Source of the DNA: Chthonomonadales bacterium
GTDB lineage: Bacteria; Armatimonadota; Chthonomonadetes; Chthonomonadales; CAJBBX01
Reading direction: 5' to 3'
Length of the DNA: 64,000 nucleotides
Assembly: GCA_037443035.1 (NCBI GenBank)
Contig: JBBIPC010000007.1
Span: 64,001 to 128,000 of the forward strand
Shown: positions 8,644 to 18,736 of the stretch, piece after piece
Layout of the letters: the number at the start of each line of letters is the position of its first letter
How positions within the stretch are numbered: position 1 is the stretch's first letter
Translations under genes and position numbers: made by a program
The notes under the pieces: model-generated
What the model saw: the letters and a program-made list of their open reading frames with translations, nothing else
Database searches by the model: none
What the model was told of the DNA's origin: nothing

Positions 8644-10989
8644 TCAGTAGCTCACCCATCGAAGATCGCTGATGCGAAACCGCACACGCCCACCAGAGCT
8701 GTTGCATCCGACCTTCACGGTCACGACCTCCTGGATATCGAGCTTGCCGTTCGGATCCGGCTGAGACCATCCTTGGCCGTGGACCGCACCGGATAGGAGA
8801 GCCACTGTCGGAACGCCTTCTCCGGTTCTCGGCTGTGACACGAAGTCCGCAACATAGCTGCTACCGTTCCGCTCGTCGAAAATGGCGCGGAATATGCCGT
8901 TACCTTCCAACAGCGTGATGGTGCAGGCCAGCCCCGCAGCCCGACGCGGAATAGCCTTGGCGCCTGATACACGGACCCGCGGATAGAACCAGGGATCGCC
9001 TGTTGGCGTCGCCTCGAAAACAATGCCGCCATTCTCCCGAACCGCTGTGGGTTGTCGACCGCCCGATACCAGAAGCTCCCATGAGGCAGGATCTTCGGCT
9101 CCCGCCAGAGGGGTCCCGCGCTTGACCGCAAGAGCACTCGAGTCCGGAGCGACCCGAACGGACGCCACCGGCCTTCCTGCCGTGCCAAAATCACCTCGGA
9201 ACTGAATGCTTTCGACGGTTCGTCCGCCTGCGCCGAGGGGGATCAGTCGGAAGGTCAGTTCCAGCCGCTCCATGGGTTCCAGGCGAACTCTGTCCTGCAT
9301 CTCCACCTTCCATCCTCGCGGAGGCCGCACCTGGATCCGGCCTTCCGCCGGCTGCGCACCGAAGTTGTACACCGCCAGCTTCCCCTCCGTGGGCTGCGAA
9401 CCGGAGACGCGGTAGGCTGACGCCCACAGAAGCGTCTGCTGCTCGGTGAAGAGCGGCTGGAACACGATGGATGACGGCTTCCCTACGGCGCGTCGAGGTC
9501 TCGGTGGTGGTGCATCGAGGTGAAGAAGCTGACCCGCTTCGCTCGGCAGCACTACGAACACCGGCGCAGTCGTAAGGCTGAGGCGTGACGCCACGTTCAG
9601 CGACCTGCCGAGATGGTCGGCCACGGCGAGGGGTGCGACCGGGACTTCCAGCGTGGCCGTGCCACTCTTGGCCCACGCCACGACGACAACCCGTTCCTTT
9701 CCGTCGGGCCTGGCCCGAAAGGCATAGGCGTAGGCGTTGTCATCGGTCCGCAGACGGCCAAGAGCTTGCGCATCAGCCAAGAACCGCCCCACTGCTGCAA
9801 GCGCCACGTACGCCGGTCTCGGCGTCAGGTCCCGGCGGATGATTCCGAACTGGGTCTGCCCCTCAACGTAATGTCCGAGTATGAAGTAGAACGTCGCTGC
9901 AGCACCTTCGTGGAGCGAGCCAGCGAACACTTTGGCTATGCGACGAGACTGTTCTCGCAGATCTTCATCCGACAGCTCCTGGAGCTTCGGATCGCCGGAC
10001 CATCGCACGGGCATCGCACATTCGGTGACCCACAGAGGACGTCCCGCTGAGATGGACCGGTGGTCCGCATACACCTGCGGATAGCCTTCGAACGCCACGT
10101 AATGGTGCAGGTTGTACGTGTCGAAGTAGGGCCATGCTTCATTGTCGCGCAGATCATCGAGCTGCGCGCGAGCGTGCCCTGCGAACACGTTCAGGCATGC
10201 CGTGACGCCGGGATTGCCGGCCTTCAGACCGAGATAGGAGGCCTTCTGCATGGCGGCCATCTCGGCACCTGTGTGCCCGCCGAAGACCTGAATATCCGCT
10301 TCGTTCCACGGCTCGAATGCCCCTACCTGGCCCCTCCAGCGCCGCGCCATCTCCCGATAGAATCGGTAGGCATCCCGCAGATCGGGAGGGAAGCGCCGTC
10401 CGTCCTGTCCTGCCCACGCCGGTGTCGAGTGGTTCACTTGCAGTACTCGCAGGTGGGCACCGGCCTGGGCTGCCGCGGAAGCATCGTACTTGTTCCGATC
10501 CGCGAACTTGCCTCGTTCCGGCTCCATCTGGCCCCACGCCAGCCTGTCCCGCACATGGTTCACCCCAGCCAGCGCCGCCAGCGAAGCCACGCTCGCCATC
10601 ATCTCCTCCGGATAGAACCAGGCCATGGCCACGTCCACCCCGATGGGAGACGTCCAGGGCGTTGGCGCCGCCAAGCGCTGCAGAACCGCCAACGAGATCC
10701 ACTCCTCCGAGCCTTCCCTGCGCAAGCGGTACCATCCCACTGGCAGTTGCCCCAGGTCTGCGGATGCTGTTCCAGGGGGTATGTTGGCGATCGTTCGATC
10801 GTCGTAGTCCACCGCACGCCAGGCGCTTCGGGAGTCCGGCAGGCCAACGATCACCCTTTCCCCCGCGAGAAACACGTTACCCGGGTGCCCAGGAAGAGGC
10901 TCAGGAATAGGACGAGGCGCTTCTGCGAGCGCCCCCATACTCGTCATGGCCAATGCTGCAACTGCCAGAGCAGGAAGTAACTCATGCAT
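8644..10989 (-). CDS. Secreted clan GH-A glycoside hydrolase (GH39/GH5-like) with C-terminal beta-sandwich domains
   Basis: Signal peptide; VRDRLAW, EPWNEAD (acid/base), NLHHY, LWVTEC (nucleophile), FGIIRRDLTPRPAY. Confidence 0.7.
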   Translation of the reverse strand: MHELLPALAVAALAMTSMGALAEAPRPIPEPLPGHPGNVFLAGERVIVGLPDSRSAWRAVDYDDRTIANIPPGTASADLGQLPVGWYRLRREGSEEWISLAVLQRLAAPTPWTSPIGVDVAMAWFYPEEMMASVASLAALAGVNHVRDRLAWGQMEPERGKFADRNKYDASAAAQAGAHLRVLQVNHSTPAWAGQDGRRFPPDLRDAYRFYREMARRWRGQVGAFEPWNEADIQVFGGHTGAEMAAMQKASYLGLKAGNPGVTACLNVFAGHARAQLDDLRDNEAWPYFDTYNLHHYVAFEGYPQVYADHRSISAGRPLWVTECAMPVRWSGDPKLQELSDEDLREQSRRIAKVFAGSLHEGAAATFYFILGHYVEGQTQFGIIRRDLTPRPAYVALAAVGRFLADAQALGRLRTDDNAYAYAFRARPDGKERVVVVAWAKSGTATLEVPVAPLAVADHLGRSLNVASRLSLTTAPVFVVLPSEAGQLLHLDAPPPRPRRAVGKPSSIVFQPLFTEQQTLLWASAYRVSGSQPTEGKLAVYNFGAQPAEGRIQVRPPRGWKVEMQDRVRLEPMERLELTFRLIPLGAGGRTVESIQFRGDFGTAGRPVASVRVAPDSSALAVKRGTPLAGAEDPASWELLVSGGRQPTAVRENGGIVFEATPTGDPWFYPRVRVSGAKAIPRRAAGLACTITLLEGNGIFRAIFDERNGSSYVADFVSQPRTGEGVPTVALLSGAVHGQGWSQPDPNGKLDIQEVVTVKVGCNSSGGRVRFRISDLRWVSY

Positions 10990-11131
10990 AGCTCACCTCA
11001 GCGCTCGATCATGATGTCCTGACATCCTTCCATGCACGTTCAGCCAGCTCCTGCTCCTGGGGGTATGGCGGATCCGTGCGACAGGAATCTCCATGTGCGG
11101 TACGGAAAAGCTGGTGAACCGTACCTCGCTC

Positions 11132-13099
11132 ATGGAGATTGCCATGGCACTGCTTCTCGTCCCACTCGCGCTTGCAGCTGCGACTGCCACCGACCGACCT
11201 GCGCCACGCATCACCATGTACGTCTCGAAGCTCGGCGACAACACGACCGGTCGTACTTGGGCTACGGCGTTCCGAACCATCCAAGCCGCCCTGGATGCGG
11301 TGCCTTCCGGCGGAGGATGCCGCATCGTCGTCCGGCCCGACACCTACATGGAGGCGAACTTGGCGCCAGCCCACCCTGGCATTGAAGGCGCCTACAACGA
11401 AATCATCGGCGATACGGAAGGTACGTTCGGTGGCGGCCGGGCTGGCCACGTCGTCATCGACTCCAGCGACCCGGCCAGGGGCTTCAAGAGCTATGACTGG
11501 TGGGGCACCATCCGAGCCACGACCAAAGGTTGGTCCCCTGAACACACGGAGGAGACCTTCTCCGCCATCGGCTGGGACCGGTGGATCCTCCGCAATCTCT
11601 ACGCAACCGGCGGAGACGGTGGCCTCATGTTCGATTGCACCAACCGCGTGGAACCGTTCAGTGTCGTCGTCGAAGATTGCACGAGCATCGGTCGCGCTTT
11701 CGGAGGTGGTGTGGCGAGCTGTCTCTCGCGGCCGACCGAGCCCATCGTCTTTCGGCGATGCAAGCTGTGGGCAATGGACTGGTGGGGCGATACTGCTGCA
11801 GCCTACGTGCGCGTGGAAAACCCCGCCATGCCTTCCTCACCGGATGTTGTGTTCGAAGACTGCACCATGGTGAGTCCGCAATGCGCCCTCAAGGCCGGCA
11901 ACTACGGCTTCCACACGTACTCGCGCGTAAGCGTGCGCCGGTGCAAGCTCATCGCTCTCAACTTCTCCCAACCGGCTGGTACGCCGACCGACGGCATCAT
12001 CCAGAGCGTCCAGCATGGCAGGTATCTGCATGTCGAGCTGGAGGACAGCACGCTCATGGGCTACAAGGTTTTCGGCTCGGCAGTGGCCAAGGACTCCTCA
12101 GGCGACATCGGCTACACGGTGCGGGGGTCTGTCCGCGCCTATGTCCAGTTCCAGCAGGACGTGCCGGCAGGTATGCACCGGCTCGGTCACTGGCCAACGG
12201 AGATCTTCACCGATCTGACACCCCCATCCAAGCGAAGCTTCCCTGAGGCATCCTCCCGGGTTCCTCGTCCCTTGCGGGTCTCTCTGGTCCGCAAGGACAT
12301 GTGTGAGGTTTCGCCTTTCATCTGGAAAGGCAAGCTCTGCCTACTGGAGTGTCACCGCCCAGCGGCAGGGGGAAAGAGGGAGAACTACTACCTAGTGATA
12401 CGAGACGTGGACAGCGGCACGGAACTAGCCCGCTTCGGCGAGGGGTACAGCCTGGCTTCGGCCTTCGTGTGGCGAGGCAAGCTGCGGGTGTTCGCATCTC
12501 GGCTCGAGAACGACACCTGGAACGACGTGACCATGTTCACCACAGGCGACCTGCGCACCTGGACCCATCGAGTCGTCATACGCCAAGATCCCTCGGAGCA
12601 TCTCTTCAACAGCTCCGTGTGCCGTGGCGTAGACGGGTTTGTCATGGCCTACGAAAGCAACAACCCGCGATGGCCGCCATTCACCGTGCGGTTCGCACGC
12701 TCCCGGGACCTCGAAACATGGGAGACGATACCCGACGCTTTGCTCGGCACCGACCGATACGCCGCGTGCCCCTGCATCCGCCATGCAGACGGCTGGTACT
12801 ACGTTCTCTACCTGGAACATCGGACGCCACGCTGGTACTTCGAAACCTATATCGCCCGTTCCAGAGACCTCGTACACTGGGAGTCGAGTGCCGGTAACCC
12901 CGTACTGGAACCGCTGGAACTGGAGGACGGCATCAACGCCTCGGACCCGGACATCGTTGAGTTCCGCGGTCAGACGCTGTTGTATTACGCCATAGGAGAC
13001 CAACTTACGTGGATAAATATCGAACGGGCGGACTATCGCATGCCGCTAAGACGATGGCTCGCAAGCTGGTTCCGGCAAGGTGGCATCGCCACCAAGTAG
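11132..13099 (+). CDS. Secreted two-domain protein: pectin-lyase-like beta-helix plus GH43/32-like five-bladed beta-propeller
   Basis: Signal peptide; YVSKLGDN..G.TWATAFRTIQAALD (beta-helix N-cap); C-terminal repeats FARSRDLETWE, IARSRDLVHWE, NPVL, NASDPD. Confidence 0.6.
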   Translation: MEIAMALLLVPLALAAATATDRPAPRITMYVSKLGDNTTGRTWATAFRTIQAALDAVPSGGGCRIVVRPDTYMEANLAPAHPGIEGAYNEIIGDTEGTFGGGRAGHVVIDSSDPARGFKSYDWWGTIRATTKGWSPEHTEETFSAIGWDRWILRNLYATGGDGGLMFDCTNRVEPFSVVVEDCTSIGRAFGGGVASCLSRPTEPIVFRRCKLWAMDWWGDTAAAYVRVENPAMPSSPDVVFEDCTMVSPQCALKAGNYGFHTYSRVSVRRCKLIALNFSQPAGTPTDGIIQSVQHGRYLHVELEDSTLMGYKVFGSAVAKDSSGDIGYTVRGSVRAYVQFQQDVPAGMHRLGHWPTEIFTDLTPPSKRSFPEASSRVPRPLRVSLVRKDMCEVSPFIWKGKLCLLECHRPAAGGKRENYYLVIRDVDSGTELARFGEGYSLASAFVWRGKLRVFASRLENDTWNDVTMFTTGDLRTWTHRVVIRQDPSEHLFNSSVCRGVDGFVMAYESNNPRWPPFTVRFARSRDLETWETIPDALLGTDRYAACPCIRHADGWYYVLYLEHRTPRWYFETYIARSRDLVHWESSAGNPVLEPLELEDGINASDPDIVEFRGQTLLYYAIGDQLTWINIERADYRMPLRRWLASWFRQGGIATK

Positions 13100-13150
13100 G
13101 TCCGTCGGCCTTCTCCGGCGACAGATTCACGCTCCGGCCGCCTCTGGTGG

Positions 13151-13693
13151 TCAGAGTGTCTGCATCTTGCGATAGACGACCAGGGGCGGTTCTCCCTCCA
13201 GGTCCTCCGGATGGTAGCGCGGGAAGGGATACTCGAGTTGGCGCACTTCGACGGGAGACACCTTGGGGTCAACTAGTCCAAGGGCCACAGCGACGCCGTA
13301 GATGATGGCCTCCGGGCGCGGTGGACATCCCGGTATGTAGAAGTCCACCGGCACCACCTTCTCCACGGGTCCCAGCACGTTGTAGGTGTCGAACCAGACC
13401 CCGCCTCCGCATGCACATGAACCGATGGCGAAGACGAGCTTGGGCGCGGGCATGGCCTCGTACGCTCGGCGTAAGGCCTTGCTCGTGGATCTCATGGCCG
13501 GTCCTTGGCAGAGCATGACATCCGCATGGCGCGGCGATGCCACGAGCCGTATCCCGAAGCGCTCCGCATCGTAGTAGGGCGTCAAGACGTCGAGGACCTC
13601 GATATCGCAGCCGTTGCAACCGCCGCTGTTCGCATGGTAGACCCAGAGGGACCGCCCGAACAGTTTCTTGCAGAGCCCCGCCAGTACGCTCAT
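13151..13693 (-). CDS. hycG: Group 4 [NiFe]-hydrogenase small subunit (HycG/NuoB family)
   Basis: SGGCNGCDIE, SPRHADV, GSCACGGG, IPGCPPRPEAI. Start MSVLAG at 13693. Confidence 0.9.
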   Translation of the reverse strand: MSVLAGLCKKLFGRSLWVYHANSGGCNGCDIEVLDVLTPYYDAERFGIRLVASPRHADVMLCQGPAMRSTSKALRRAYEAMPAPKLVFAIGSCACGGGVWFDTYNVLGPVEKVVPVDFYIPGCPPRPEAIIYGVAVALGLVDPKVSPVEVRQLEYPFPRYHPEDLEGEPPLVVYRKMQTL

Positions 13694-13701
13694 CCTTGCC
13701 C

Positions 13702-14226
13702 TCAGTCCAACTCGATGGGTATATCCTCGACCGGTGGAAAGCCCGGTAGGAACGTCTCGGCCCGGAAGATCCACCGCTCGCTGGCTACGTCGTCGAAGCG
13801 ATACCCCTTCAGCTTCAGCGCCTCCAACGGTGATGGTTCGGGGAAACAACGGCCACAACGCTGGCATGCACCCATGAACAGCTCCAGCCTTTGCCTCAAG
13901 TCACCGATACGCGGCGTCGCCGTCTCGAAGTCCCGGCTCATGGTGATGGCCTTCTCCGGGCACACTTCGGCGCACCGACCGCAGTAAGTACATCTCCGAC
14001 CCAGGTATTGCAGTATCCGGATCTCCTGGCAAACGTCTACCACGAGAATCTCCCGGGCCGGGCAGTTGTTCGCACAGCCTGCACAACCGATGCAGCGGTT
14101 GGCATCGAAGATGGGGCGTCCCCGGAAACCCTCCGGCGTCGGTCGAGGAACGGCCGGATAGGGAAGCGTCACACGTCCCGCTTGCAGACAGATCACCGCT
14201 TCACGCACTTTGGAAAGTAGCGACAT
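13702..14226 (-). CDS. hycF: 4Fe-4S dicluster subunit (HycF/NuoI family)
   Basis: T..YP...FRGRP, CIGCAGCANNCP, CTYCGRCAEVCP, C-terminal CQRCG. Confidence 0.9.
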   Translation of the reverse strand: MSLLSKVREAVICLQAGRVTLPYPAVPRPTPEGFRGRPIFDANRCIGCAGCANNCPAREILVVDVCQEIRILQYLGRRCTYCGRCAEVCPEKAITMSRDFETATPRIGDLRQRLELFMGACQRCGRCFPEPSPLEALKLKGYRFDDVASERWIFRAETFLPGFPPVEDIPIELD

Positions 14227-14236
14227 TACCCGATCC

Positions 14237-15151
14237 TCAGTACCCCGCCACCGCCAGCACGAGCGCTGCCAGCGACGCCGCCAATAGCGCCGAATAGCGC
14301 CCGAGAGCCTGGTCAATCCGGATGCGGGCGTGCACGGTTGCCAGGAGCGCCACACCCAGGACAACAGCCAGCACTTTCAGCCAGTGGATGGGCCACGCGT
14401 ACACTGCAGCCAGGTCCGCCCCCCACGGCGCGAACAGCCCGATGAACAGGCTCGCATACACCACCAGCTTGGCCATGGCAGCGTAACGCAGGAGCGCCAG
14501 CTTCGGACCGGAGTACTCCGCCAGGGGACCTTCCATGATCTCTGTCTCAGCCTCGGTTGTGTCGAACGGCTGCTTCTGAGCGTAAGCCTGCAAGCCCAGC
14601 ACCATGACAATGAGCAACAGAATGCCGGACACCGTCACGCCTCCGCCCCCGTAGACGGACCCGTCCAGGAGTACCTGCAGACGGAGCGTGTGCGACTGGA
14701 CGGCACCTACAAGAACAGCAAACGCGAACAACGGCTCCAGCACAACGACAGCCATCATCTCGCGGCTGACTCCCACCATGGAGTACGGTGATCCCGCCGC
14801 GAGCCCTGCGAAGGCCGTGGTGGCTGCACAGAGCGTCAGAACGTAGAGCAGCAGGATGCCGTCGGCGTAGCGAGCCAGCGGCACTCCGAGACCCATGGGG
14901 GTCAAGCAGGCGGCTGTCAGGACGGACGCCAACGCAAGGATGGCCGAAGCTCGCTGCGCGGCCGGCACTTCGCCGCTCTCGATGTCCTCCTTCCCCAATA
15001 GCTTCAGGAGATCTACGTAGCTCTGCGTTATGGGCGGCCCCTGCCGCGAGTGGATGCGGGCGACCAACTTCCGCATGAGGCCGTCCAGCAGGGGGGCCAA
15101 CGCCATGACGGCCAGCACGTTGGCGAGGCTTCGTACGACCGCGTCTATCAT
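14237..15151 (-). CDS. hycD: Membrane subunit HycD/NuoH family
   Basis: RKLVARIHSRQGPP, D.LKLL.KE, PFD..EAETEIMEGPLAEYSG; multiple TM helices. Confidence 0.92.
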   Translation of the reverse strand: MIDAVVRSLANVLAVMALAPLLDGLMRKLVARIHSRQGPPITQSYVDLLKLLGKEDIESGEVPAAQRASAILALASVLTAACLTPMGLGVPLARYADGILLLYVLTLCAATTAFAGLAAGSPYSMVGVSREMMAVVVLEPLFAFAVLVGAVQSHTLRLQVLLDGSVYGGGGVTVSGILLLIVMVLGLQAYAQKQPFDTTEAETEIMEGPLAEYSGPKLALLRYAAMAKLVVYASLFIGLFAPWGADLAAVYAWPIHWLKVLAVVLGVALLATVHARIRIDQALGRYSALLAASLAALVLAVAGY

Positions 15152-16827
15152 CTTCGCCTCCCGCTGTCCCCAGCCGTCGCCAGTTCCTCAGGCGTCCAGA
15201 TACTCACATGGCCCGTTCGAAGATCTAGCGTCTCCATGCGGTCCGTACACGAGAAGCACGGGTCAATGCTCCCCAGCGAAATAGTCATGTCAGCCAGGCG
15301 CTGGTCCTTGATCATGGCAGGGACGCCCTGTAGATTCTGGTACGTGGGCGCACGTACGCGCCACCGCCGCGGCCGGTTGTTCTCGCCTGTGATGAGGAAG
15401 TGATGGCTCTCGCCTCGAGGCGCTTCCACCGACGAAAGGCCGAGGCGCCCTACTGGCAGCTCATCCGAGATAGGCGTCTGCAGCGGGCCAGGTTCTAGCC
15501 TGTCCAGACACTGCCGGATAATTCGGATGGACTGGAAGACCTCCTCTGTGCGCACGAGCACTCGGGACCAGACATCGCACCCATCGTGGGTTACCACCTC
15601 CATCGCGACCCGGTCGTAGGCCGCATACGGATGGTCACGCCGCACATCCCGCGGAACACCTGCCGCCCGGGCCACAGGTCCCACCAAGCCCATCTCCTTG
15701 ACCAACTGCCTATCGGCGATTCCCACACCGCGCGTGCGCGCCATGAGGTTCCTATCGCCCGACACCGCTCGGGCGGCAGCCGTCCATTCCTTCTCGAGGG
15801 TATCCAGCACTCCGCGCAGATCCTCGGCCACTTCCGCCGTAATGTCGTGGCGCACACCACCGACTAGACACAGACCGTAGGTCTTGCGGTTGCCGCAGAT
15901 CCGTTCAGCTATCCACATGATCGGTTCGCGGATCCGGAAGCTCTGCATGAACAGCGTGTCGAACCCGACGATGTGGCACGCCAATCCGACCCACAGCAGG
16001 TGGCTGTGGAGGCGCTCGATCTCCAACATGACCGTACGGATGTACTCAGCGCGCTCAGGTGGCCGAATGCCCGTTGCGCTCTCCACGGCCTGGCAGTACG
16101 CTACGCTGTGAACGCATCCACAGATCCCGCAGATCCGCTCGGCCAAGAACGGGATGTCGTCGTAGCCCATGACCGATTCGGCTAGTTTTTCGATTCCCCT
16201 ATGGACCATGAACCCCCGATATTCGCACCCCCGCACCACTTCGCCGTCCACATAGAGACGGAAGTGGGCTGGCTCGTCCAGCGTGGGATGGAACGGACCG
16301 AACGGTATGACCGTGCAGCCCTCAGGCGGATCTCCGAAGGGGTAGACGGCGTCTTCGTCGTAGTCGTCGGGCATGTGATTCCATGGGACATCCTTCCGCA
16401 AGGGGTGGACGCCCTCTGGCCATCCGTCCGGCAAGATCAGCCGTTTGGGATACGAGTGGCCGACTGGTTCGATGCCCACCAGATCCCTGAACTCCCGCTC
16501 CGCCCAACCCGCTGCCGGTACCACGGGCGTGATGCTGGGCACCGTAGGATCCGCCTCCGGCACAGCAGCGAGCACGCTGCACAGAATGTGATCGTCGTCG
16601 TAGGCGAAGTCATGGGCAACGAGAAACATGCCGGAATACGGCCGGTCATCGGCGCCGATGCTGATCACATAGCGAGCGTCCTGGTCGCGGAAGATGAACC
16701 GGCACACGTCACGCAGCAGCTCCCTGGGAACGTGAACGTAGAGGCGGTTGTCCGATGGAAGCTCGGCTCTAAGCGTGGCGGTGGGAAATCGCTCCCGCAA
16801 GGCGGCCAGACGTTCACGCGCTACCAT
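15148..16827 (-). CDS. hycE: Group 4a [NiFe]-hydrogenase large subunit (HycE, fused NuoC+NuoD-like)
   Basis: N-terminal NuoC-like ERE..DL.G and HPLRKD; Ni-binding ERICGICGCVH and DPCFSCTDR followed by a cleavable C-terminal tail. Confidence 0.93.
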   Translation of the reverse strand: MVARERLAALRERFPTATLRAELPSDNRLYVHVPRELLRDVCRFIFRDQDARYVISIGADDRPYSGMFLVAHDFAYDDDHILCSVLAAVPEADPTVPSITPVVPAAGWAEREFRDLVGIEPVGHSYPKRLILPDGWPEGVHPLRKDVPWNHMPDDYDEDAVYPFGDPPEGCTVIPFGPFHPTLDEPAHFRLYVDGEVVRGCEYRGFMVHRGIEKLAESVMGYDDIPFLAERICGICGCVHSVAYCQAVESATGIRPPERAEYIRTVMLEIERLHSHLLWVGLACHIVGFDTLFMQSFRIREPIMWIAERICGNRKTYGLCLVGGVRHDITAEVAEDLRGVLDTLEKEWTAAARAVSGDRNLMARTRGVGIADRQLVKEMGLVGPVARAAGVPRDVRRDHPYAAYDRVAMEVVTHDGCDVWSRVLVRTEEVFQSIRIIRQCLDRLEPGPLQTPISDELPVGRLGLSSVEAPRGESHHFLITGENNRPRRWRVRAPTYQNLQGVPAMIKDQRLADMTISLGSIDPCFSCTDRMETLDLRTGHVSIWTPEELATAGDSGRRR

Positions 16828-18736
16828 GGCGCTTCCCTTCTTTCGCGTCTCCCCACGTCCGCTTCAGCTCCGAGTAGAAGCCGTGAGCCGTGTAGCGAAT
16901 CTCGTCGCCTCCTGTCGCGTAGCCACACAACCAGGGCGCGTCGCGTCGTCGGTGCGCTCCGCCCAATCGGGAAACGAACCACGCCATTAGGGCCATCGCC
17001 GCCAGTACCCCAAGAATCGCCAGCGGTGCGTAGCCGGCGCCGTCGGCGGCCAGGCGGACGCCGAAGCCGGGGCCGCGGCGTATGGCTGTCACTGTGGCCA
17101 AGAGTCCTCCGACTCCCTGATGGGTAGCTGCGACGGCGTTGCCCGCCAGCCACACCAAGAGCGCTGGGAAGATCCCCGTGATGACGCACAGCGCCGCCAG
17201 AGCAAGTTGCGGAACCCGCATGAGCCACCCCACCTCGATCTTGCCACGCTCCCTGACTTGCGCTTCGACGACAGCGCTGCTCTGCCCAAGGAAACTTGTA
17301 CCGAAGAACTTGACGAACGATGCCAGGGTGAGAGCACTCGTCATGAGCGCCAGGGCCGCGCAAATGGCCATGTAGGGTGCTGCAGGACTTGCGCGGAGGG
17401 CCGCCACGTAGACCATCCACTTGCTGACGAAGCCGTTGAGCAACGGAAAGCCCGCAATGGCCATGCTGGCTGTCAGGGCGGTCCAGGCGGTCAATGGCAT
17501 GTGCCGCCACAATCCGCCCATGCGGTTGAGGTCCTGTGTACCGGTCGCGTCTAGCATGGATCCCGCATTGAGGAAAAGCAACGCTTTGAATACGCCGTGG
17601 TTGAACGAATGGAGCAGGGCAGCCATGAGCGCCAGGGCTGCGATCTGCCAAAGCTCCGGGTTGTCAGTCGCCACGAGCACCATGCACGTGCCGCAGGCCA
17701 ACAGAATGTAGCCGGCTTGGCCGATGCTGTGGAATGCCAGTAAGCGCTTCGTGTAGTCCTGCCGCAGGGCGGCGGTGGTGCCAGTTACCATGGTCACCGT
17801 GCCAATGACCGCGATGATTCCGCCCCATGTGCCGAAGCCGAAGTCGGTCCGAGCGCTCGACGGCACGAGGCACAGGAAGTAGCGAAGCAGACCGTACACA
17901 CCGGTCTTGATCATCACGCCTGAAAGCACCGCGCTGACCGGCGAAGGGGCCGCTGGATGGGCTTCCGGCAACCAGATGGCGCCGAATGGCCACATACCCG
18001 TCTTCACTCCGAAACCGACCAGGAACAGACCGAACGCCAGCGCCGCTAGCGCCGGTCGCTCGTTCAGCAGCATGGGTATGCCGGCGGTTACTGCGTCGAA
18101 ACTGTACTTCAGCTCGCCTGTGGAAGCGTGGCGGGCGGCAGCCTGCGCCAGTATCTCACCGCCGATCATCGTCGCGGCGCACCCTAGCTGCATCATGAGC
18201 AGGAAGCGGTTCGCGGCTCGGACGTTTTCTGGGCGACGGTACTCGAAGCGGATGAGGAGATACCCAGGGATGGTCATCATCTGCCAGAAGATGAAGAGGA
18301 ACCACATCATGTCCGTCGTGCTGACCAGCCCGTACATGGCCGCAACGAAGAACAACAGGTGGGGGTAATAGTGACCCACGCCGTAGGACGCGAACCGACC
18401 CATGTGGGCGATGGAATGGAGTGCCGCAGGTACGGCAATGACAACGGCGAGCACAAGGAAGATGGCGGTCAACCCGTCCACGCTCACGAAGAGGGAGAAT
18501 CCGAGCCGGGGGGCAGCTAGCAATCGCTCCGGCTTGCCAGATGGACCGTGGGCCAGGACTTCCATGGCGGCTGTCATCACCAGCGCGGCTGTTGCCAGCA
18601 CAATGAGGAACGCGAACCACCCCGCCACGACACGCCACCGGCTCAACGGAACGGAAATCAGCGATCCAACCACGGCGGCAACAATGGCGATGAGCACGAG
18701 ACGCTCAGGAGTCATGCCCCGCTCCTCCGCCGTCAC
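16814..18736 (-). CDS. hycC: Proton-conducting antiporter-like membrane subunit (HycC/HyfB, NuoL/MrpA family)
   Basis: K.G.WP...WLPEAHPAAPSPVSAVLSGVMIK, KRLLAFHSI, NHGVFKALLFL, GFPLLNGFVSKW, W.CGY. Start 18736 or 18715. Confidence 0.9.
   Translation of the reverse strand: MTAEERGMTPERLVLIAIVAAVVGSLISVPLSRWRVVAGWFAFLIVLATAALVMTAAMEVLAHGPSGKPERLLAAPRLGFSLFVSVDGLTAIFLVLAVVIAVPAALHSIAHMGRFASYGVGHYYPHLLFFVAAMYGLVSTTDMMWFLFIFWQMMTIPGYLLIRFEYRRPENVRAANRFLLMMQLGCAATMIGGEILAQAAARHASTGELKYSFDAVTAGIPMLLNERPALAALAFGLFLVGFGVKTGMWPFGAIWLPEAHPAAPSPVSAVLSGVMIKTGVYGLLRYFLCLVPSSARTDFGFGTWGGIIAVIGTVTMVTGTTAALRQDYTKRLLAFHSIGQAGYILLACGTCMVLVATDNPELWQIAALALMAALLHSFNHGVFKALLFLNAGSMLDATGTQDLNRMGGLWRHMPLTAWTALTASMAIAGFPLLNGFVSKWMVYVAALRASPAAPYMAICAALALMTSALTLASFVKFFGTSFLGQSSAVVEAQVRERGKIEVGWLMRVPQLALAALCVITGIFPALLVWLAGNAVAATHQGVGGLLATVTAIRRGPGFGVRLAADGAGYAPLAILGVLAAMALMAWFVSRLGGAHRRRDAPWLCGYATGGDEIRYTAHGFYSELKRTWGDAKEGKRHGSA

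Noticed and set aside
13151..18736. Annotation as NADH dehydrogenase I (nuo) genes
   Set aside because: The large subunit has both Ni-binding CxxC motifs and a cleavable tail, and a maturation protease is in the operon, so it is a [NiFe]-hydrogenase.
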